Shown here: positions 26,801 to 37,189 of the stretch, piece after piece | Numbering within the stretch: the first letter of the stretch is position 1 | Layout: every line of letters begins with the position of its first letter | Source of the DNA: Oopsacas minuta | Lineage: Eukaryota > Animalia > Porifera | Assembly: GCA_024704765.1 (NCBI GenBank) | Contig: JAKMXF010000318.1 | Location: 62,001-126,000, forward strand | Length of the DNA stretch: 64,000 bases | Direction of reading: 5' to 3' | The notes under the pieces: model-generated | Told to the model about the DNA's origin: nothing | What the model saw: the letters and a program-made list of their open reading frames with translations, nothing else | The model's database searches: none | Made by a program: the position numbers and the translations under genes

Positions 26801-28016
26801 TTTAGAGCACTCGTGGGGGCTTGTGGCTCAACTTCATGAGGTTATTGTCCAATTCAAGATTTCTTCCCAACAATTTCCTGTCAAACTTACTAATTAATTT
26901 CATTCTATAGACAATGGAAGTGTCTTTGCGGAGATTCTGCAGTTAAAATTACTTATCTTTAATTATTCAGTATTTATCATATTTTGCATATGGCCATTTC
27001 TGGTTATTGATCCTTCTTCATTGCAAAATATGTTAACATAACCACACAGCAATAGCTCAACTGATTATAATGTTTATGGTTAAGTCACAAATAATATTTG
27101 ACTTAAAGTGTGTGTATATCCTCTTGATACTAACTGAATTCTTTGAGGAATAAGTTAAACTGAGCGAAGAGAATGTGCAAAGGAGCAAACGCAGCCTGTA
27201 CTATCCTGTCTCATGCAAGTACTACCCGAGGGAAAGTCACTTTCCTTTAGGCTCATATCGTATACAATATATATCTAGAGCACGTGATAGGGAACTACCC
27301 AATTGATTAACTATAGTTAATAGGTCTATATTCTCCTAATTAACTTAATTACCCTATTATAGGTTGAAAGTGTTCCATTACGTAATTTGTTAATTACTAA
27401 TGATTTTAAGACATTGGGGCTGTTATTGCAGGTTCCACTGTAGTTTGATACTGGTAATTATTCAATTAAGAGGAGTTGAGGTATTACGTATTCAGTTAAG
27501 TGCTCTGATTCTAATTTCTAAGGCTCCGAATTTGATGGAAAACGAGCTAGAAGAAACTAGTGTTGATTTATTGTACAGTCAACTCTCTTATATCGAAGCT
27601 CAAGGGACCGCGATAGTTACTTCGTTACAAGCGGAGTTCGATTTAACAGATATAATATATGTTACTTTGACGTTTTGGGACCATTTTTTCACACTTTCAG
27701 ACTTCCATATAAGCGTATATTTCGAAATTTCAGTCTTTGATATAACGGAAGTTGACTGTATTCATTAATATGTTAACTATTTCCCTGAATAATTCGCTGG
27801 GGTTTGAATAAGCGTCTACCCAAACTAGTGAATAAAAATAGAATTTATCCCTGGAAATTTTACACATAATATAACCCAATTGGGATAGTCAAACTTCTAA
27901 AGTTGTCGTTATTCTTTTCAAGGAAATAGCGTAGTTTTAAATATATTGTGCGTATTTGGGGGAAACAGACTTCTGTTGACATTAATTTTTAATGATGGAG
28001 AAGGCCTAACCGATTC

Positions 28017-28083
<67 letters not shown>

Positions 28084-31000
28084 GTAGAGATCTTGAAGCA
28101 TACTTACTTTCTTTAAACTTTTGGCAAAGTATTTGAGTAGGAAACTATCAAGGAGAGCTTCCCATATCTACTCCAACATAATTTTGAAATATTTTGAGAA
28201 CTTGTACATAATTATGTGAAATAAAGATTTCTTACTTTGCATAACTATTTTGCTAAACTAATCATTTGTTTGGGAAAGGGTCAGTTATGCAAAGTTAAGC
28301 TTTAATTAGCAAAACCTATACAAGGTTATGTAAATCTTATTAACTTTGTGTGTTGGCAAGTAAACAATGAAGGAATGTTGCATAATAATATTTATTCACC
28401 AAGTATGTATACGTATTTCCCTGTATACTTTTCATTAATTAAGCAGGAACCCCGGCCACAATCACATTAAGTAATATCTGATTTTATTATTTGTGGCTTA
28501 AAAATAACCGTTTTCCTCTTGTCGTTCACATAATTTACATTCTGCAATCGTGTATAATGTATTTTGCTTTCAGGATCCATATATGGCATTCTAGTTTATA
28601 ATTGTTATTACTTATTCAGTGTGAAACGTCAATAAATTAAAATCTGTCCAATCGAATTTACAGAACTTAATCGTGTACTTGTTTTGTCTGATTTCCCGCT
28701 GTAAAGTTTGCGATTGTTATTGTGTACTTTCAGGTGTTGCGTATGTGTCTATCTGTTAACGACCCTTGTATCATATTTCTGGTATGCTTGAATAATTGGT
28801 TCAAGTTCTATGAAGTATTTAGGGACTGATATTTTAAGTTCCCCGAATATAATAATAACTATTGTATTATGGCTAACACAATTATGCTACTAATAATAAT
28901 AATAACCACATTATTCAATTTGCTAACCATTTGGCTTAGGTATAGTTTCAATCAGGCGATATGTGATTAATCCTTCACAATATGAAATTCGATCCCTTTA
29001 TAAATTATCACACCATAATTTGCAATCAAGAATTTCATATATTTCACTTTGCGGATTATTTAAAGATTATTTAGCAAGGATTTATTTTGTATATTATTTA
29101 GGTCTGGTGCTGGTGCAAGTGCGGTTTTCATATTCTTAGATATTTTACGCACGCAAGCTCATGCAGAAAATCAGATAGATATCCACAGGTGTATCACTAC
29201 TATGCGATCCATGCGCTCCAGGATGGTCTGCTCTATGGTATGTACGTCTCCATTCGTCATGATAAACCTACACTAATTAACTGGCTATCAAATTTTAGTC
29301 TTGGAATTTGATTTATCAAATTTCTTATCTCTATTCTTTGAATGTCAAGTATATTAGGATGACTAAACAAGTTGTGTATTTGATGATGACGATACATTCC
29401 GAATATGTTGCATTATCCAAATTACTGTACACCCTCGCTAATCCGAATAACACTGTTCCAATTGCGAAATAATTCGTTCAGATTGGTCAATACATTGAAA
29501 TAATACTATAAGAGCTAGGAGTACATTTTTTCCAAGGTTACAACCGAATAGTTCAATATTTGGTTAACAAGCGGATATCAATATTCGGTCAAGCAACTAT
29601 TCATGAATACTGATATCCGGTCAGATTGGTTTAAACCTTGATTTTTTAGAAAGTTGTACAAACGATGAAAAGGCTGTAGTAGAATTGGATACAAATGAAT
29701 CCTTTTGAAAATTTGCTTGAATTATGTATTTTGACAGGAGTACTACATTTACGCACATGATTTATTACTTGCTTCCCTAATCTGTGGAAACACATGTATT
29801 GATGCTCCTTCATATCCACATCGAATCAAGAAACTATCTGAGGTAGACTCGAGAACACATGCTACTGGTTACAACACTGAATATATCGTGAGTTAATCTG
29901 TTAATTTAACTAACAACAGGGTTAATTTGTAATGGTGAAGAGCAAAATAGTTATATTAATTAGAATTGTCTATTGAACTCCATTATAACGTAATGCTTAA
30001 ACACTCGTATTGTATAAGGGACATTTGGACTAGAGTGATACATTTTAAAGTCGATTTACAATTTTAATCTTAAATATGAAGGAATTGATGTTATCGTTAA
30101 TCTTGTTGACTTAGACATTAGATCAAATATCAAATTCGCCTCAAGACTACCCACATACACTGGCTCAAGAAAATCCTACAATGAATAGAAAGATAGAATT
30201 CCTTCCAAGTAAGATTAAATATTTCTAACAAAGATCACATTTTTATAGATTATCATCCATTTTTGTAGTAGACTCAAGATGCGTAAGCTTATCTCATGGC
30301 GAGTATATTAATGCTACATTTGTGAATGTAAGTTATTGAAACTGAATGTTTATTATAATTTTTACCAAATTTTGAAATTGATAATAATTAGGGTTATGAA
30401 CGTGAAAATGCATTCATCATTGCTGAGTCACCATTGATTAACACAGTTGGGCGTTTTTGGCAATTAATATTCGAGCATAGATGTCGTGCAGTGATCACGT
30501 TATGTGATCTTACACAAGACCAACAGGTAACTTTATAATGTAATATCAGAACTAATTGCTGATTAATACCTAATATTTAGTTAATACAAATTGTAATACA
30601 GTTTTTTTGTAATTCATTTAGGAAGTTGGTGCTAAATATTGGATGGAGTCGGGAGAACCAGTTACCTATAGAGATCTTACTGTGCAATTATCTAATATCA
30701 TCCACCCAGAGCATGGAGCATACACAATTCACACATTTATGTTAACATCTGCAAGAATAAAGGTGATTCATACTTTCAGTTTGTTTAATTACAGGTTAAT
30801 TAAGTTCTGGTAGTTTGCTTAACTGATTTTTGAACTTCTAATTTATTCCATGTTTGTGTGAGTGGAATATTATTTTACAAATAGTTAAGATAATTTGACC
30901 TAAAACTGTTAAACTTCGATATGATTAACGCATGTCTCCATTTGTAGCATGACATATGATTTGCGGTTAGTATTCAGCAAATTCTCATTACTTAATATTA

Positions 31001-34000
31001 AATAATTATTTAAGTGGATTTTGAGTGTATTTACCAACGAAATGTTGGCATAGGATGTATTGCTATATACTAATTTACTTGAGTATTTTTACAATTATTT
31101 CAAGCGTATATGCTATGTTTCAATCTATTCATTGTTAATATTAAGTCAAATTCTTATTTTGCTATGTAGGCTATTAATATTGTAAATTGTAACCAAGGAT
31201 ATAAGCAGTGTTTATTTCTGCAAGGTTGCAATAGCCATATCTGTTAAAATCTGCGATACGATACAATATATCTGAAAATACCCGATACGATAAATATCGG
31301 TAAGATATATTAAAATAGAAAAATATCGAAAATGTCTGAAAATATCAAAAATAGGGAAAATAGCTGGAAAATACGGGAAAAGATGGAAATCTCGATATCG
31401 ATATTTCCGATAAAATACCGGATTGTAAGATGTTTTGGATGTTTTTCATTTCCGATATGTCGGTATCAAACCTTGATTTTTGCATGCTTTTTGAGTGGAA
31501 CAAAGTACGTATTTTTCGTGTAAATTTACCGTGTTGTTGATTACAATGTTAGCATAAAATGGTAACTGCTTCGGATAAGGTTTCAAATTTCTTGCCTCTT
31601 GCACGCCCTGTTGCAATGGAAGTAGCACCTGTTGGTTATTGGTACATACAACATGTTCTGAACACAAACAACACAGTTTTATCTGAGAATCTTCCATCTA
31701 AAATCGATATCCCTGAAGATGGTGATCAAATTGAAAGTTCTGATATTTCAAAATTGTTGTTAGATTCGGCTGATCCAATTGACCTTGCTCTCCTTGACCC
31801 TACTGCATGGAAATCTCAGGACCATTATAAACTACTCGGCCTTGGCCAGAAAAGATATAAAGCAACCATGGATGAGATAAAAACGGCGTACAGGAATAAA
31901 GTTATCAAACATCACCCGGATAAAATGAACACCAAATCAGTGGTTCCTTCAAACGAAAATGAAGATGAACAAGCAAGCAAAGAACTGACTTTAGAAGAAA
32001 AATATTTTCAATGTATCGTTAAAGCACATGAAATTCTATCCAATCTATCAAAACGTAGAGCTTACGATAGTACTGATCCTTTCTTTGATGATTATATACC
32101 AGAACCTGATGACATCATTGATGAAGATTTCTTCTCTGTACTTAAACCTGTTTTTGAAAGGAATTCACACTTTTCTACTCTTCAGCCTGTGCCAGATATT
32201 GGAGACATAAATACACCTTACACAGAAGTGCAGGACTTTTATAGATTTTGGTTTGGATTCAATTCATGGCGTGAATTCTCCTATCTTGACGATGAAGAGT
32301 TCGATCCTGAAAAAGCAGAAAAACGAGAGGAGAAACGTTGGCTCGCGAAACAAAACAAACATGGAAGAGCTCAATTAAAGAAAAATGAAATACAGCGTAT
32401 TATTAAGCTAGTTGAGGTAGCCTTTGCTAATGATCCTCGTGTGCTAAAAGCTGAAGAAGAAGAGAAAAAGAGAAAAGATGACGAGAAGAGAATGAAACAA
32501 GAGAGACTCGCAAAAGAACATGAAGAGAGGGAAAGGAAGAAGAAAGAGAAAGAAGATATAGAATTGAGAGAAAGAGAAGAACGTGCAGAAATTGAAAGAT
32601 TGCAAGAAATTGAAGATAAGAAGCAACGCGAAGAGAGGAAACAAGCTTTTAAAAGACAGCGTAATGAATTTAAAACAGCTTGTAGTAAACAAAACAATTT
32701 CTCTACAACTCATATAAATAGTGCTTCTGCAGAAATAACGCAGAATATTATTGAAATCGAGAATTTATGTCAAGCTTTGACATTGGAAGAACTGACAGTT
32801 TGTACAAAGAGGATCAGTAGTGAACCTCAGTTTGAAGCTTCTAAAGCTATCTTTGAAGAATATGTTTGTAGTATGAGAGATAAGCAGGAAGAAGAGATGA
32901 AGAAATCTTTGACACAGACTGGTGGCGCACAAGGTATGTGCATTTTTGTAATTTTACAACTGAGTGTCGTTACTACAGTAAAACCTTCGTACATTTTCCA
33001 TCTTTTATTTTGTAATTTTGTTGTGGCGAGCAAACAAGAACAATTTGTTCGAAAATGATGTGAAATATGGTCAACGGATATATTGAAAAACCCGCTTATA
33101 TTGAAATCTGAAATTGTACAAATATGGCCCCAAACCGTCGAAGTAACAAATTTTCATCGGTTATATCAAACAGTAATTCTCGCAGTCCCTTGAGCTTCGA
33201 TATAACGGGAGTTGAATGTAATTGTAATTAATAGCTACTGCATATTATCTTTTAGGGAAGAAAAAGGATCAACTCAAACATGACGATTGGACCGCTGAAG
33301 AAACACAGCTGCTTGTGAAAGCTGTTACTCTCTACCCAGCTGGTACTCAAGCACGTTGGGATGTTATAGCAAACTACATCAATAAACACAGTACTAGCGA
33401 TATTAAGAAAACTGGTAAACAAGTAATAACTAGAGTCAAGTGTTTACAGAAAACTGATGGTAAAGAAGCAATTAAATCCGATGCACAGGCATTTTCGTTA
33501 TTCGAAAAATCACAGGGACATAAAGCACAGATTTCTTCCGAAAAAACTATTAACTATGAGGCAGCTGTGGTTAATATATCATGGACAAGTGCTGAACAGA
33601 AATTATTGGAAGAAGGTTTGCGTACTTTTCTAGCTACAGATGCAGAAAGGTGGGAGAAAATCGCGAAAAAAGTTGGCACCCGGGATGAGAAAGATTGCAA
33701 AAGAAGATTCAAAGAGATCGTAGCAAGTTTACAGGCTAAAAAGGCAGCAACTAAAAGCTAATTTCCTGTTTAGTAGTGAATCTCACAATATTAGTTTGTA
33801 GAAAGTTGTTGCTATTGATTGTTTGTAAAATCATACATTTATTTGTAAAACACACACACAGATACGTTTTTATCATTTGTAATCTTAGGGTGGCTTTGAA
33901 GTAAAACAGTTTATCTATCACGAGTTTGATGAAAACTTCCTTCCTGCGAATTCTAACAACTTTGTAAAGCTCATTACTCAAGTTATAGATCTCTATTCTG

Positions 34001-36086
34001 ATGAGAAGACTGATCCCATCCTAGTCCACTGCGGGTGAGTGTCTTAAAGTTGAATTTTTTATTTATAAATTCGATAAAGTAATGGGCGAATAACTGAGCT
34101 AGATATCGAATTTAATTTGGTATAAGATAGTAAATTTGATATTTTACCCTGTTGTATGCAAAAGGAGATCCAGACCAGTGTTGCTAGATGATGTGCGTAG
34201 AAAGTTCATACCATCTTCTTGCCAAAACTAAGATTTCATACCATATGCCAAAATCTATGAACTCCATCATCTGGCAAAACTACCCGGATTTTCACCGCCT
34301 ACCCAAATAATAAAGCGCTGAATAGGAATATATAATACGTGGAACAATAAATTTGCAATAAATATGTTGTTATACGTTTTGAGATAAACTGGAAGAAAGT
34401 TAGAGATAAATAGGATATCGTAGCTAGTCTAAACACAAAAATTCAGTTGTGGAAACCATGGATTAGCGCTGCCTATTTTGTTGCTCGAAAAACATAAAAT
34501 CAATCAGGAAGCAAGCGCCCATCACTACGGCTTTCACGCGTACATCCAAATCCATAGGGAATTTGATGCCAAAGTTATCAGCATCAGTGAAATATTCCCT
34601 AGCAAGGCCACTCCACTGCTTTGATACTTTTCCAACGCTGGTACCATCTACTGCCGTTACATCAAAATCAATATCAGAGCACCATCTACAACATAATGCG
34701 ATACAGTTACCAGTGATATTAAGTATTTCTCGCTCTTCAGCATCAAGTACAGTGAATTTAGGATTCCAGAAGGTACAGTCTTGTCTCACGTAGCCTACTA
34801 TTTGACCGGGAGGCGATTGAACTTCCATTTTCTGTAGACAGCAGAAACAACACCAGGCTGAGCATCTATACGGGCGTACAATATGAATGACTTCGTGCTG
34901 TGTATTGTCCATGATTGACATCTCAAATGGCCGGTTAGGTCCGCAATACTGTCTAGCACAGCAATTACTGTTCTCAGCTGCGAAATAGATCTGCTGACCG
35001 AGCGTGTTTTTTATGACGTAGCGATTTGCAGTCTCCCAACCTGTCATTAGTTCCCATAGTTCAACCTGTTGGTGTACTAGGATCTGATCTATCTGAGTCA
35101 GGTACTCCAGTCCAGGAGGGCAATTAGCCACTGCTTGCGGGGGAGGCATCCACTCTACTGTTTTAGTCTGTGGTGCACCTGGAGGAGCAGGGGGAACTTG
35201 ACCTTGTTGATACCCCTGGGGTGGCTGTGCGTACCCTTGAGGTGGTTGTGCGTACCCTTGAGGTGGCTGTGCGTACCCTTGGGGTGGTTGTGCGTAGCCC
35301 TGAGGAGGTGGGGCACCTTGTCCTGGAGGTATTGCTGACATTCTATTAGCTAGAAATTAAAGTATCCTATTTATATTTATAATATAATCAATAAATTTAT
35401 TAACATTTATACTTATTTAGTGATACCGTAGGATGTTCTGGAATGTTCTGTGCCTCGCTATACTCTATCGAGCGACTGCTTGCAGAAAATGAAGTAGATG
35501 TGTTCGGATGTGTGCGACAACTGAGGAAAGATAAGCCAGGCATTATACCTACTCTTGTAAGTATAAAAGAATATTATTTCACCAATCATGGTTGAATTCT
35601 AAGTAGCTGTATCAAGTTACAGATATTTTAAGTACCAAGAATTCTAGCAAGTGTTGTGTTGATGTGAAACACGTGTGTATGTTTATAAAATTGAGCTTCT
35701 CAGGTTAATTACAAGCCTAGAGCCCCCCTGATAATTATTTATGTATACGTATAATTAATTTATTCTCAAAAGGCTTCTTGCACGTGGTAATAATAAATGT
35801 AGTAGGAATTCAGTGTGACAAGGAAAGTTTAGAAAAAATAACGTCCTATACAGAAATACTTTATGGAATTGCAGAAATTTGGTAGCCTTTTTGATAAGTA
35901 GGGGTCACCCGCTCAGCACTGCTTGCAATTAATCGACATTGATACGCAGTTTATCTACACCCTAGTATTTTGAAAGGCGGTAAAAACAAAGCTTTTCCAA
36001 TCGATATTTTTTCATTCCTCTATTTTCTTTAGACACACTACAAGGGTATCTACAAGACGATTTTATCCTTCATCATTATTAATTGA
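11871..36086 (+). CDS. Receptor-type protein tyrosine (pseudo)phosphatase: signal peptide, 12 Ig-like, 2 FN3, membrane-proximal domain, TM, PTP D1, PTP D2
   Basis: Signal exon 11871-11931; Ig exons ~11992-17116; FN3 exons ~17345-18531; TM exon ~19595-19718 (IIYTIVAVGIVFILFLLSVLLIYCLIR). D1 exons include ~20593 (NRFVDIFP), ~20873 (DYINAS), ~21073 (YIATQ), ~22596 (DFWRQCWE), ~23579-23701, 26027-26190 (SWPD..LLVHC) and 29102-29237. D2 exons include ~30269 (YINATF), ~30392, ~30623-30762, 33889-34034 (ILVHCG), 35421-35556 and 36033-36086 (YKTILSF, stop). The junctions I checked keep frame. Confidence 0.88.
13814..13987 (+). CDS. 57-aa single-TM microprotein, COX14-like, nested in receptor PTP intron 13576-14200
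   Basis: ATG tct ctt...gaa TAG encodes MSLLTKLFAPQNGYKVGYVCFSIIMGYAIYGSYQTGQGISNAVERMRTKEGTALKQE. GYK, a hydrophobic helix, YG.Y and a charged tail resemble COX14 as I recall it. Below the ORF-track size cutoff. Confidence 0.55.
   Translation: MSLLTKLFAPQNGYKVGYVCFSIIMGYAIYGSYQTGQGISNAVERMRTKEGTALKQE
18600..18773 (-). mobile_element. MITE family B copy (TIR ~CAGTGTAACCTC..CAAACGG, TA TSD)
   Basis: ta|cagggcaactttcacaaacggg ... ggaggtttcactg|ta, inside a receptor PTP intron. Confidence 0.75.
20359..20514 (+). mobile_element. MITE family A copy (TIR CAGTCAACTCCCGTTATATCGAA)
   Basis: ta|cattcaactcctgttatat...ttgtacaaatatggtcccaaa...ttcgatgtaacgggagttgactg. Confidence 0.85.
22756..22923 (+). 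mobile_element. MITE family A copy
   Basis: ta|cagacaattcccgttgtattgaa...tttgatataacgagagttgactg|ta. Confidence 0.85.
24363..25691 (+). CDS. Coiled-coil plus BEN-domain-like protein, nested in receptor PTP intron 23702-26026
   Basis: Intact intronless 442-aa ORF with a low-complexity N-terminus and coiled coil (LDKRLRVMEGLMKQSIKLQKR). The C-terminal VVFSNHE..TLTTSG...PLDGSKLQGII....F....LKQAIDEKNRR fits the BEN-domain pattern (by eye). Confidence 0.7.
   Translation: MSTSIEKSQIFPEQKFNTVVTCSNSVDTSSLLPIVMSQPNAQPEPVCIVITDPNQPKQYSNSILSVPNVISYSNPIIPNLYYLGQDIPNIVPATPPGTESNISVVTPTKTEIPLVNNHGFFPIPLSQPQLAKKPLLSSSNIENHHSSTSSCETISEKTLSGNDQGYKILDKRLRVMEGLMKQSIKLQKRTLRHQERMEKIIQHCMKAKYEEQTVASGTNRMVHFQRYLNDAQPPPLFRYSSHPENIVVPVIESSSPSDSPTLYFEPQKEDSISPNLTIDMSLMEAAEHKSPHKYHSHSCSMYNKSIRDFNDVETIQWLDRILTILGLGVTVEKIQEVLSQTNTITHFTAEFQKVVFSNHERKTLTTSGKFRKRKLERIVLGPLDGSKLQGIIQLSLYLFGVAERDEDRVKYQLKQAIDEKNRREFYREDRGTKRVHLSSIPN
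26230..26710 (-). pseudogene. Decayed reading frame of unknown origin
   Basis: One frame reads protein-like with interspersed stops: KHLLARINVQLDNIFSQHVEGHICD*DELQQNTENICKQEFDNYTSNEVIRKDLFAG*IGTEFLYL*DQSRSLLQFTIEDTRFPVLISRV. Confidence 0.3.
27576..27758 (-). mobile_element. MITE family A copy (reverse orientation)
   Basis: ta|cagtcaactctcttatatcgaagctcaagggacc...tttgatataacggaagttgactg|ta. Confidence 0.88.
28017..28080. repeat. (AAT)n microsatellite, about 21 units
   Basis: Uninterrupted aat tract. Confidence 0.98.
28081..28855 (-). mobile_element. Possible 5'-truncated, decayed non-LTR retrotransposon ending in the (ATT)n tract
   Basis: Minus-strand stop-riddled frame (...IKFCKFDWTDFNLLTFH...IAECKLCERQEENGYF) resembles the Cys-rich ORF2 C-terminus of LINEs. 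It is followed by an (ATT)n tail. Confidence 0.3.
31221..31475. mobile_element. Putative TIR element with gatacga/gatatcga subterminal motifs
   Basis: caaggttgcaatagccatatctg ... ccgatatgtcggtatcaaaccttg form imperfect inverted ends with repeated gatacgata/gatatcgata motifs. No clean TSD. Confidence 0.45.
31559..33761 (+). CDS. DNAJC2: DnaJ subfamily C member 2 (MPP11/zuotin), nested in receptor PTP intron 30763-33888
   Basis: J domain (QDHYKLLGL...HHPDK), zuotin domain (FYRFWFGFNSWREFSYLD), charged coiled coil and two SANT domains. Exons 31559-32933 and 33256-33761 join in frame. Confidence 0.95.
33075..33218 (+). mobile_element. MITE family A copy (left TIR lost), in the DNAJC2 intron
   Basis: aaacccgcttatattgaaatctgaaattgtacaaatatggccccaaacc...ttcgatataacgggagttgaatg|ta. 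Confidence 0.8.
34176..34282. mobile_element. Small TIR element (CAGTGTTGCCAGATG-type ends)
   Basis: cagtgttgctagatgatg ... catcatctggcaaaacta inverted pair with an internal duplicated ttcataccat..gccaaaa. TSD not recognisable. Confidence 0.45.
34463..35341 (-). CDS. PLSCR: Phospholipid scramblase A, nested antisense in receptor PTP intron 34035-35420
   Basis: CPPGLEYLTQIDQILVHQQVEL, Cys-rich CSAWCCFCC, FTDADNFGIKFPMDLDVRVKAVVMGACFLIDFMFFE. N-terminal PPQGYAQ repeats (21 bp, ~5 copies). Intronless. Confidence 0.95.
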   Translation of the reverse strand: MSAIPPGQGAPPPQGYAQPPQGYAQPPQGYAQPPQGYAQPPQGYQQGQVPPAPPGAPQTKTVEWMPPPQAVANCPPGLEYLTQIDQILVHQQVELWELMTGWETANRYVIKNTLGQQIYFAAENSNCCARQYCGPNRPFEMSIMDNTQHEVIHIVRPYRCSAWCCFCCLQKMEVQSPPGQIVGYVRQDCTFWNPKFTVLDAEEREILNITGNCIALCCRWCSDIDFDVTAVDGTSVGKVSKQWSGLAREYFTDADNFGIKFPMDLDVRVKAVVMGACFLIDFMFFEQQNRQR

Positions 36087-36211
36087 ACTCACGCATTTCT
36101 TCTTACGCAATCTACTTACATAGAGAGAACCAATGCTTTATTATTGGACTCATGCATTATATAGAACTTAGTAGATACCCACAAGATGGTGTATCAACCA
36201 TTATTTATTAT

Positions 36212-36274
36212 GGGATTACTAATATGTCCGCTAGCCAACAAATAAGGAAATATGGCCGACATATAAGTAATCCC
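36212..36274. mobile_element. 63-bp inverted-repeat element (GGGATTACTTATATGTCGG ends)
   Basis: tat|gggattactaatatgtccg...ccgacatataagtaatccc|tat. Related copies at ~59452-59525 and (partial) ~57100-57130. Confidence 0.55.
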
Positions 36275-37189
36275 TATTTATTATTATCCGTTTTCTTGAG
36301 TATAGATGTATGATTAAACGTAATACACAAATATAATTATATCTTTATCAAATGGGACTGGTAGGGGTAATTATGAATACCTTTTTGACCATTTTGAATT
36401 TCTTATAAATATACAATTTGGTAATTAAGAAATGAAGCAACAAACCCCTGCAATGCATGTGCTTATTACAGATCTTATCTCTCAATGGAGTCGTTCAAAC
36501 GTTACTTATAAAATTCCCTAAAGTATACCACCTCAGCATTCATGCTCTTTTTAAATATAAAATTGTGATGCAAAAGGGATTGCGCGGTAAAACGGCGAGT
36601 GCTCTTTCTCCTTTGAAGCGTTACGTAACGTTTAAACAGACTCAATTATTTATAATTCAATTCTAATTACTATACGAAATCAGATAATTTTCAACTATCC
36701 TATCTTCTGCATTTATATGACGATGAATAATTTGCTCCTTAGACAATATTCAACTTATTCAATGCTTTTATGCACTAATTAACTTATAATATTATTAATT
36801 GGCTTAAAATTATGGAATTAGTAAATATCGATCTCATTTGCTGATTCAGTAAATTTTGTGCATTAAATACGTTTGGTTTGTAAATGTGCTAATACCAACA
36901 ACAAACACTTTATTTTATAGACTGAGGTTGACCCCAATTTCAAAGTTCTTACATCCATAATAGCAATTTCATGCCATAATTTGCCAAAATAGGCACACAA
37001 ATTTGGTAATATTTCCTGGAATTTCAATTTATTCCCTAGATAATCCAGAGGGTTAGAAAGTATGCCAAAAAACAATACAAATACAAAAAATGAATAATTA
37101 AATAATTCACACAATAAATATCCAGGTTTCTTAGAGATGTAAAAATAAACTCTTATATATGTAATGTATGGCATAATTACGTGTAATTA

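Noticed and set aside
27400-27768. 122-aa ORF MILRHWGC...
   Set aside because: Runs through a family-A MITE and has no recognisable domain.
29415-29640. pogo-like TIR start ctgtacaccctcgctaatccgaa
   Set aside because: No matching right end found.
31332-31523. 63-aa ORF MSENIKNREN...
   Set aside because: Falls within the low-complexity TIR element upstream of DNAJC2.
36863-37174. 103-aa minus-strand ORF after scramblase B
   Set aside because: No domain, AT-rich, and in the expected 3' UTR position.
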